Positions 40,069 to 46,547 of a stretch of DNA of 64,000 nucleotides are shown piece by piece; the first letter of the stretch is position 1; each line of letters opens with the position of its first letter. The notes beneath the pieces are model-generated. The model was not told where the DNA came from. It searched no databases and saw nothing but the letters and a program-made list of their open reading frames with translations. The position numbers and the translations under genes are program-made. Source of the DNA: Lachnospiraceae bacterium (GTDB lineage Bacteria > Bacillota > Clostridia > Lachnospirales > Lachnospiraceae); NCBI GenBank assembly GCA_029338735.1, contig JAQYAY010000038.1:3669-67668 (forward strand), written 5' to 3'.

Positions 40069-40308
40069 TCAGAATCCTCCCATCAGCATAATGATCCCCT
40101 GTGGTGTAGTAGTCGGTTTGGTAACTGTGGTGCCAGATGATGCAGCACCAGTGGCCTTACTGAAAAAATCAGTAATAAGATTTGAAAATGCCTTGCCTAC
40201 AACACTGCCTCCATCCTTTCCGATAAGGAATGTCACAAGTGCTATGAGTGCTAAAATAGCTACAACGGTAATTAATGCCGGTCCATATTCTTTCAGAATA
40301 TCTTGCAT
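40069..40308 (-). CDS. Putative major Flp-like pilin with almost no leader (79 aa)
   Basis: The sequence is MQDILKEYGPALITVVAILALIALVTFLIGK..., with a Thr/Ser-rich C-terminal part. Its stop lies 1 nt before the ATPase ATG. The SD is GAAGGGAGAA. Confidence 0.55.
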   Translation of the reverse strand: MQDILKEYGPALITVVAILALIALVTFLIGKDGGSVVGKAFSNLITDFFSKATGAASSGTTVTKPTTTPQGIIMLMGGF

Positions 40309-40337
40309 AGAATATTTGTTCTCCCTTCAATATAAAA

Positions 40338-40343
40338 TATTAT
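40338..40343 (-). promoter_or_regulatory. Candidate -10 box (TATAAT) of the pilus-like operon
   Basis: TATAAT lies on the minus strand about 30 nt upstream of the pilin ATG. The -35 region is poor (AAGAAA). Confidence 0.35.
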
Positions 40344-40494
40344 ACTAATACGTTACTAAGTTTTCTTAATGCGCATCTATGGAGATAAAAATCCTGAAAA
40401 GATATGGTGAGCTCTCCCTCATTTCGTTTTCTTAACTCCTTGCGTAAAGGATATACTCTTTTAAAATGGAAATCAATTAACAAACGATTAAAGT

Positions 40495-40514
40495 TTTATA
40501 AACTCGAGTTTATA
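40495..40514. promoter_or_regulatory. Perfect 20-bp palindrome (candidate operator) upstream of the pilus-like operon
   Basis: The sequence is ttataaactc|gagtttataa. It is followed by a direct repeat of ttgtttagaa at 40517-40526 and 40528-40537. Confidence 0.45.
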
Positions 40515-40544
40515 ATTTGTTTAGAAATTGTTTAGAATTAGGGT

Positions 40545-40572
40545 ACAAAAAAGGACGGCACTAAGTGTCGTC
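40545..40572 (-). terminator. Rho-independent terminator after mrp/apbC
   Basis: On the minus strand the stem is ggacgacac/gtgccgtcc (9 bp including one G-U), followed by tttttt. A second small hairpin lies at 40586-40600. Confidence 0.7.
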
Positions 40573-40639
40573 CTCTGTTAGTTAAAAAGACTTCAAGTCT
40601 TATTTATAATTTATTCAAATATCATTAAAAGCAGAAATT

Positions 40640-41500
40640 TTATCCTAAAGCTGTGAGCATTCTCTCTGTTATCGGTTCAAAAGGAGCCTCTATCTCATAA
40701 GACTTTCCTTCGTCTTCCTTCGCTGCATACTCAGGATCAATAGGAAGCTTCCCAAGTACAGGAAGACCGAGCGACTGAGCTACCTCATCTATATGGCTCT
40801 CACCGAATACAGAAATCTTCTCACCACAGTGAGGGCACTTCATATAGCTGTAGTTCTCAACTATTCCAAGCACTGGCACATTCATCATGGAAGCCATGTT
40901 GTAGGCCTTCTTCACTATCATGCTGACGAGATCCTGAGGGCTCGTAACTATCACCACACCATCTACAGGAAGTGACTGGAATACTGTAAGAGGCACATCG
41001 CCTGTTCCTGGCGGCATATCCACGAAAAGATAGTCCAGATCTCCCCAGACAACATCAGTCCAGAACTGCTTTACAACATTAGCGATTACCGGCCCTCTCC
41101 AAATGACCGGAGCCTCCTCATCATCAAGAAGGAGATTTATCGACATGATCTTAGTGCCATCTGCGGCCTCAATAGGATATGAGCCCTTGTCATCACCATA
41201 CGCAGGCCCGTGAACTCCATACATCTTCGGTATCGAAGGACCCGTGATATCGGCATCGAGGATTCCTACCTTATATCCGTCACACACCATCATTGCAGCC
41301 AGCTGTCCGGTCACGAAACTCTTTCCGACACCGCCTTTGCCGCTTACAACACCGATCACGTGCTTAATGCTCGAATACTTATTCAGATCCTCATGAAAAT
41401 CAGGCTGTGCCTGCTTCTGCGGCTCACCCTTTATCCCCAGATCCTTGCGGAACTGCTCCACTTCTTTATCTATTTCTTCCTGATTCTTTTCCTTAGCCAC
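40640..41500 (-). CDS. Mrp/NBP35 (ApbC) family Fe-S cluster carrier ATPase
   Basis: 286 aa with a GTG start after AGGAGG. The deviant Walker A is SGKGGVGKS. The CPHCG motif is typical of Mrp/NBP35. Confidence 0.9.
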   Translation of the reverse strand: MAKEKNQEEIDKEVEQFRKDLGIKGEPQKQAQPDFHEDLNKYSSIKHVIGVVSGKGGVGKSFVTGQLAAMMVCDGYKVGILDADITGPSIPKMYGVHGPAYGDDKGSYPIEAADGTKIMSINLLLDDEEAPVIWRGPVIANVVKQFWTDVVWGDLDYLFVDMPPGTGDVPLTVFQSLPVDGVVIVTSPQDLVSMIVKKAYNMASMMNVPVLGIVENYSYMKCPHCGEKISVFGESHIDEVAQSLGLPVLGKLPIDPEYAAKEDEGKSYEIEAPFEPITERMLTALG

Positions 41501-41562
41501 GTCAACCTCCTGCTATAAGTCTGATTCCCAGACCTTCTTTTTTGTTTATATATTATTTCTTT

Positions 41563-41612
41563 GCGGCCTTATGCACCGCTGCGTCGAAAGAGAGCGAGAG
41601 CGAGTCATGAAC
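41563..41612 (+). repeat. Truncated copy (3' half) of the structured element found at 52568 and 54809
   Basis: ttatgcaccgctgcgtc (41569-41585) is identical 17/17 to 52640-52656. After 7-8 nt it is followed by agcgagagcg.gtc..gaa, as in the full copies. No matching 5' arm is present. Confidence 0.5.
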
Positions 41613-41721
41613 AGCTGCATGTGATAGCTGCTCCGTCAAACACTGCGTTTTTTCATAATATGAAAGAAGGACTGAGAACCAGCGAATTCCCAATCCTTCT
41701 ATCAACAATTTGACAATAGAT

Positions 41722-41750
41722 ATAATACCACAACGAAACCGAAATGTCAC
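41722..41750 (-). promoter_or_regulatory. Sigma-70-type promoter for mrp/apbC (implies a leader of about 215 nt)
   Basis: On the minus strand: GTGACA (41750-41745), a 17-nt spacer, then TGG-TATTAT (extended -10, 41727-41722). Confidence 0.5.
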
Positions 41751-41844
41751 ATCTTTTTTGTAAAAAATTGAACAAATTTTAGTGCTTTTTTTAGTTATTT
41801 TCACCAAAAAAACACAAAATAGCCGATTTTTGGACACATCCTGA

Positions 41845-41882
41845 AACTAAAAGACACCCGGGATAAAAATCCCGGATGTCCC
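41845..41882 (-). terminator. Rho-independent terminator of the butyryl-CoA operon
   Basis: On the minus strand the sequence is gggacatccggga-ttttta-tcccgggtgtc followed by ttttagttt. It lies 40 nt after the etfA stop. Confidence 0.75.
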
Positions 41883-41922
41883 TTATTTTTCAAGAAACGT
41901 TTAAGAAAACGTTCAACTTTCC

Positions 41923-42981
41923 TTAAGCTTCTCCTTCCTTAGCCTTCTGAGCCTTGATAGCCTCAGTAAGAAGAGGAACGATCTTATTCAGATCTCCTAC
42001 CAGACCATAGTCAGCTACGTCGAAGATAGGTGCTCCCTCGTCCTTATTGATGGCGATGATCACATCTGACTCCTCCATACCTGCTACGTGCTGGATGGCA
42101 CCTGAGATACCGATTGCGAAATAGATATTCGGACGAACGGTCTTTCCTGTCTGACCAACCTGGAGATCCTTTGGCTTCCAGCCATTATCAACAACGGCAC
42201 GTGAGCATGATACCATAGCTCCCTTACCGAGTGCGTCTGCAAGGTCATCAAGAAGCTTGAAGTTCTCTGCTGAGCCGACTCCACGTCCACCAGATACAAG
42301 GATCTTGGCGTCCATGATGTTAGCAACCTTTGCTACGTCCTTTACTACCTTCTCGATAGTTACAGACTTGTTGTTCTCGGAGATCTGTATGTCAGCCTTG
42401 ATGACTTCTGGCTTTCTGCCAGCTACTGGCTCGAGCTTCTGCATAACTCCTGGACGAACTGTAGCCATCTGAGGACGGTTATTCGGGCAGGCGATGGTAG
42501 CAATTGTATTACCACCGAATGCAGGACGTGTCATGAGCAGCTGATTGTGCTTCTGCTCTACTCCCGGCTTAGCCTCAAGCGGGAAGTCTCCGATATCGAG
42601 CTTGGTGCAGTCTGCGGTAAGACCTGTAGCTACACGAGCTGATACTGTAGGTCCAAGGTCACGTCCGATTGCTGTAGCGCCTACAAGCATGATCTCAGGC
42701 TTATACTCATTGATAACACCTGCAAGTGCCTGTGCATACTGCTCTGTACGATATGTCTCGAGGAGAGGATCATCTACGATGATGACACGGTCAGCACCAT
42801 ACTCACCAAGTCTGTCAGCGAGACCCTCAACCTTTGATCCGATAAGGACTGCAGTTACCTGCTCTCCTAATGTGTCTGCTAATTCTTTTCCTTTACCAAT
42901 AAGCTCAAGAGAGATAGAAGAAAGCTCTCCGTCTACCTGCTGAGCATAGGTAAATACTCCTTTATAATCTTCTAAAGCCAT
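41923..42981 (-). CDS. etfA: Electron transfer flavoprotein alpha subunit
   Basis: 352 aa. The C-terminal FAD-binding region includes PNIYFAIGISGAIQH. Confidence 0.95.
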   Translation of the reverse strand: MALEDYKGVFTYAQQVDGELSSISLELIGKGKELADTLGEQVTAVLIGSKVEGLADRLGEYGADRVIIVDDPLLETYRTEQYAQALAGVINEYKPEIMLVGATAIGRDLGPTVSARVATGLTADCTKLDIGDFPLEAKPGVEQKHNQLLMTRPAFGGNTIATIACPNNRPQMATVRPGVMQKLEPVAGRKPEVIKADIQISENNKSVTIEKVVKDVAKVANIMDAKILVSGGRGVGSAENFKLLDDLADALGKGAMVSCSRAVVDNGWKPKDLQVGQTGKTVRPNIYFAIGISGAIQHVAGMEESDVIIAINKDEGAPIFDVADYGLVGDLNKIVPLLTEAIKAQKAKEGEA

Positions 42982-43016
42982 TATTTTACCTTTCTCTCAA
43001 AAGAGTTATATCTTCG

Positions 43017-43820
43017 TTAAATGAGGTGCTTCTCATTGAGCTTGCCCATGATGTAATCAACAGATTCCTGTGGGTCAAGAGTAACCTTTTCTCCAGCTCC
43101 CTTACGAACCTTATCAGAAGCCTTGGCAATCTTCGTAGGTGAACCCTTGAGTCCGAGATCCTTGTCATCAACATCCTTAAGGTCCTTACGGCCCCATACG
43201 GTAATCCTCTCGTCCTTCTGGTCGATTGCATCAAAGATTCCGCCCGGTGTCATGTACATTGGCTCCTTGCTAAGCTCTGCAAGAGCAGTGATAAGGCATG
43301 GCATCTGAGCCTTCAGGATATGATATCTGTCATCATACTGTCTCTTTACTTCAACAGTCTTTGCAGCCTCATCTACCTTGATATCCTCTGCATAAGAGAT
43401 AACAGGGATTCCGAGATGCTCTGCGATCTGTGGTCCGACCTGTGCTGTATCACCATCGATAGCCTGACGTCCTGTGATGATCAGGTCATAATCGATATTT
43501 CTGAGTGCTCCTGCGATAGTGGTCGAAGTAGCCCAGGTATCAGCACCACCGAGTACACGGTCAGTAACGAGGATACCATCATCAGCTCCCATAGCCATAG
43601 CCTCGAGCAGAACGTCCTCTGCCTTTGGAAGACCCATTGTAAGAACTGTGACAGTTGTGCCTGGATGTGCTTCCTTTATACGAAGTGCAGCCTCAAGACC
43701 AGCCTTGTCATCAGGGTTCATGATCGTAAGCATTGCTGCACGGTTAAGGGTTCCGTCCGGGTTGAATACTACGCCACCCTTGGTATCCGGAACCTGTTTA
43801 ATACATACTACAATTTTCAT
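43017..43820 (-). CDS. etfB: Electron transfer flavoprotein beta subunit
   Basis: 267 aa. MKIVVCIKQVPD is present. Confidence 0.95.
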   Translation of the reverse strand: MKIVVCIKQVPDTKGGVVFNPDGTLNRAAMLTIMNPDDKAGLEAALRIKEAHPGTTVTVLTMGLPKAEDVLLEAMAMGADDGILVTDRVLGGADTWATSTTIAGALRNIDYDLIITGRQAIDGDTAQVGPQIAEHLGIPVISYAEDIKVDEAAKTVEVKRQYDDRYHILKAQMPCLITALAELSKEPMYMTPGGIFDAIDQKDERITVWGRKDLKDVDDKDLGLKGSPTKIAKASDKVRKGAGEKVTLDPQESVDYIMGKLNEKHLI

Positions 43821-43843
43821 GTATCGTTTGCTCCTTTATTTGA

Positions 43844-43966
43844 TAGTTCTTAGTTATTAGTTCTAAGTTATTAGTTATTAGTTCTAAGTTATGAGTTTAT
43901 ATCATCAGAATACTTACTTTGAACTCAGAACTTTGAACTCAGAACTTTGAACTTTGAACTTACTTA
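43844..43966. repeat. Inverted arrays of 7-nt units between etfB and bcd
   Basis: The left array has 8 units of (t/a/g)agtt(c/a/t)(t/a) at 43844-43899. The loop is about 18 nt. The right array has 6-7 units (tttgaac/tcagaac) at 43918-43966, running into the bcd stop. Confidence 0.75.
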
Positions 43967-45120
43967 AGTAAGTTTCCTGAAATAACCATTCTCTGAACTT
44001 CTGATGTACCTTCGTAGATCTCTGTGATCTTGGCATCACGCATCATACGCTCTACATCGTACTCACGTGTATATCCATAACCACCGTGAAGCTGTACAGC
44101 CTTTGTAGTAACCGCCATTGCTGCTTCTGCTGCGAAAAGCTTTGCCTCTGCTGCCTCTACTGAGAATCTAGGCTTGTTCTTCTTTGCCTCTGCTGCTGCA
44201 TATACAAGGTACTGAGCTGCCTGCATGCGTGTAGCCATATCAGCGAGCTGGAACTGGGTATTCTGGAATGCTCCGATAGTGCGTCCGAACTGCTTTCTCT
44301 CCTTAACGAACTCAACAGTACGGTCTATAGCGCCCTCGCCAAGTCCAAGAGCCTGAGCTGCGATTCCGATACGTCCACCATCAAGAGTATGCATTGCTTC
44401 CTGGAAGCCCTTGCCTCTTACGCCGAGAAGGTTCTCAGCCGGGATACGGCAATCCTGGAAAATAAGCTCGTATGTAGATGAAGCACGGATACCCATCTTC
44501 TTCTCCTTGGTTCCGAATGAGAATCCAGGAGTTCCCTTCTCAACGATGAATGCTGAGAAATTCTTCTTTGGACGGCCCTTCTTATCTGTAGTAATATCTG
44601 TTACTGCGATGATGACATAGATATCTGCTTCCTTACCATTGGTGATGAAGCACTTTGATCCGTTGAGTACCCACTCATTTGTCTTCTCATCGAGAACAGC
44701 CTTGGTCTGTGCTCCCTGAGCGTCTGTACCTGCTCCTGGCTCAGTAAGAGCGAAGGCTCCGAGCTTCTCGCCCTTTGCAAGAGGTACAAGGTACTTCTGC
44801 TTCTGCTCTTCTGTACCGTAGTTAAGAATAGGGTCACAGCAGAGTGATGAATGAGCTGAAACGATAACGGCTGTTGTACCACAGACCTTTGCGAGCTCCT
44901 CTACACACATAACGTATGTAAGCGGATCACAGCCCTGTCCGCCGTACTCCTTTGGAATAGCAATTCCCATAAAGCCGTACTTTGCCATTTTCTCAACAGT
45001 TGCTCTCGGGAACTCCTCTGTCTCATCGATTTCCTGTGCGAGCGGCTTTACCTCTTTCTGAGCGAAATCAGCGAAGAGGGAACGAGCCATCTCATGCTTT
45101 TTATCTATAATAAAATCCAT
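43960..45120 (-). CDS. bcd: Butyryl-CoA dehydrogenase (short-chain acyl-CoA dehydrogenase)
   Basis: 386 aa. It has the ACAD signatures and the C-terminal [12 protein letters not shown]. Confidence 0.95.
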   Translation of the reverse strand: MDFIIDKKHEMARSLFADFAQKEVKPLAQEIDETEEFPRATVEKMAKYGFMGIAIPKEYGGQGCDPLTYVMCVEELAKVCGTTAVIVSAHSSLCCDPILNYGTEEQKQKYLVPLAKGEKLGAFALTEPGAGTDAQGAQTKAVLDEKTNEWVLNGSKCFITNGKEADIYVIIAVTDITTDKKGRPKKNFSAFIVEKGTPGFSFGTKEKKMGIRASSTYELIFQDCRIPAENLLGVRGKGFQEAMHTLDGGRIGIAAQALGLGEGAIDRTVEFVKERKQFGRTIGAFQNTQFQLADMATRMQAAQYLVYAAAEAKKNKPRFSVEAAEAKLFAAEAAMAVTTKAVQLHGGYGYTREYDVERMMRDAKITEIYEGTSEVQRMVISGNLLK

Positions 45121-45141
45121 GGATTAATTTTCCTCCATTAT

Positions 45142-45208
45142 TAGGGGTTAGGAGTCAGGGGCCAGGGATTGGTTTACCAAAAACCCTATCCCCTATATCC
45201 TATCCTCT
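45142..45208. repeat. Inverted arrays of 7-nt units (G-rich/C-rich type) between bcd and hbd
   Basis: The left array is taggggt taggagt caggggc cagggat (45142-45169). The apex is tggtttacca. The right array is aaaccct atcccct atatcct atcctct (45181-45208). Confidence 0.75.
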
Positions 45209-46090
45209 TTACTGCTTGTCAACCGGAACCTTATTCTTGAAGCCCTGTGAATAATCATAGAAGCCTCTTCCACTCTTGACACCGAGATGTCCTGCACGAA
45301 CCATCTTCTTAAGAAGCGGAGCCGGACGATACTTGGAATCTGCTGTCTCTGTATAGAGTACGTTCATGATCGCAAGTACGATATCAAGTCCGATGTAGTC
45401 GCCGAGCTCAAGTGGTCCCATTGGGTGATTGCATCCGAGCTTCATGGCATTATCAACACCCTCGATATCTGCAACACCCTCTGAATATACGAAGATTCCT
45501 TCGTTGATCATCGGGATGAGGATACGGTTTGCAACGAAGCCTGCTGACTCCTGAACACGTACAGGCGTCTTTCCAAGCTTTCTTGCGATCTCCTCAACCT
45601 TCTCTACTGTCTCGTCAGGTGTGTTAGCGCCCTTGATGACCTCGATGAGCTTCATAACAGGTGCCGGGTTGAAAAAGTGCATTCCGATCACAGGAGTCTT
45701 TAAGCCTGCACCGATCTCTGTGATTGAAAGTGATGATGTATTTGATGCGAAAATGCAGTCAGGATTCTTGACGATATTCTCTTCAAGATCTTTGAAGCAA
45801 TTCTTCTTGATGTCCATAACCTCAAGAGCAGCCTCTACTACGAGATCAGGATCTGTAGCGATTGTATTGAGACCTGTCTTGAACTTGCCAACGATAGCGT
45901 CAGCCTTGGCCTGATCCATCTTGCCCTTGCTTACGAGCTTGTCAAGATTCTTCTTTACCTTGCCGAGTCCGCCCTCAGCGAACTCCTCTTTGATGTCGCA
46001 GAGATATACTGTCTCTACTTCATCGCACTGTGCGAATGTCTGGGCAATTCCTGAGCCCATAGTTCCGGCGCCGATACCTGCAACCTTCAT
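45209..46090 (-). CDS. hbd: 3-hydroxybutyryl-CoA dehydrogenase
   Basis: 293 aa. The Rossmann motif is [12 protein letters not shown], with the HFFNPAP motif. Confidence 0.95.
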   Translation of the reverse strand: MKVAGIGAGTMGSGIAQTFAQCDEVETVYLCDIKEEFAEGGLGKVKKNLDKLVSKGKMDQAKADAIVGKFKTGLNTIATDPDLVVEAALEVMDIKKNCFKDLEENIVKNPDCIFASNTSSLSITEIGAGLKTPVIGMHFFNPAPVMKLIEVIKGANTPDETVEKVEEIARKLGKTPVRVQESAGFVANRILIPMINEGIFVYSEGVADIEGVDNAMKLGCNHPMGPLELGDYIGLDIVLAIMNVLYTETADSKYRPAPLLKKMVRAGHLGVKSGRGFYDYSQGFKNKVPVDKQ

Positions 46091-46115
46091 GTGTTTTCCT
46101 CCTAAATGTAAGTAT

Positions 46116-46164
46116 TGTTAGTTAGGGAATAGGAGTCAGGGGGTAGGGGTTAGAGTAGCGAGTA
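46116..46164. repeat. Left arm (G-rich 7-nt units) of the hairpin element enclosing the four-helix-bundle gene
   Basis: The units are tgttagt tagggaa taggagt caggggg taggggt tagagta gcgagta. It is 23/27 identical to the left arm at 45141-45167. It encodes the gene's C-terminal ...NPYPLTPIP. Confidence 0.7.
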
Positions 46165-46514
46165 TTTCCCAGTTTCCGAATAATTGCACCAAGCATTTTA
46201 CCGACTTCATTGCATAATGAAAGTGCCAGATTAACCTGTTCCGCAGAAAGATAGGCAAGCCTAACACAAATTTCCAATTGTGTTTCTAACTCTGCTCTGG
46301 AACCTTGTGCAATTGATAAAAACCTTAAATATTCTCTGGTAGTATTTCTTTCATAGCCTTCTGCTATATTTGAAGGTATTGATACCACTGATCTTCTCAT
46401 CTGATCAGAAAGTGCATATAGTTCTTCTTTTGGAAGAGATTTTACAATATTATAAACTTCTTCCACAAGCATAATGCTCTTCTGCCAGACAATTAAATCC
46501 CTGTAACTATCCAT
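46122..46514 (-). CDS. Four-helix-bundle protein (23S rRNA intervening-sequence protein family)
   Basis: 130 aa. YRDLIVWQKS...LPKEELYALSDQMRRSVVSIPSNIAEGYER...FLSIAQGSRAELETQL matches the family consensus. Confidence 0.85.
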   Translation of the reverse strand: MDSYRDLIVWQKSIMLVEEVYNIVKSLPKEELYALSDQMRRSVVSIPSNIAEGYERNTTREYLRFLSIAQGSRAELETQLEICVRLAYLSAEQVNLALSLCNEVGKMLGAIIRKLGNTRYSNPYPLTPIP

Positions 46515-46547
46515 CCTATCCCCTATATCCTAAACCCTATATCCTAA
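46511..46547. repeat. Right arm (C-rich 7-nt units) of the hairpin element enclosing the four-helix-bundle gene
   Basis: The units are ccatcct atcccct atatcct aaaccct atatcct. cctatcccctatatccta (46515-46532) is identical 18/18 to 45185-45202. The reverse complement matches the left arm 46121-46153 at 23/33 positions. Confidence 0.7.

Noticed and set aside
40640-41500. The Mrp/ParA-superfamily ATPase as the missing TadZ/CpaE of the pilus-like locus
   Set aside because: - It carries the Mrp/NBP35-specific CPHCG motif.
- It has its own promoter.
- It is separated from the pilin gene by a strong terminator and 330 nt.
41553-41837. 94-aa minus-strand ORF between etfA and mrp
   Set aside because: - It has no SD and a Cys/Phe/Lys-rich implausible composition.
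- It covers the operon terminator flank, the mrp promoter and a repeat fragment.
- It is better explained as non-coding leader.
43844-43966. CRISPR array or minisatellite interpretation of the heptad arrays
   Set aside because: - The units are 7 nt with no spacers.
- The two halves are complementary rather than direct.
- No cas genes are present in the window.
45142-45169. Telomere-like TTAGGG / G-quadruplex reading of the G-rich arrays
   Set aside because: The G-runs always come with a complementary C-rich arm a few nucleotides away. A duplex hairpin is therefore the simpler explanation, and the TTAGGG resemblance is probably coincidental.
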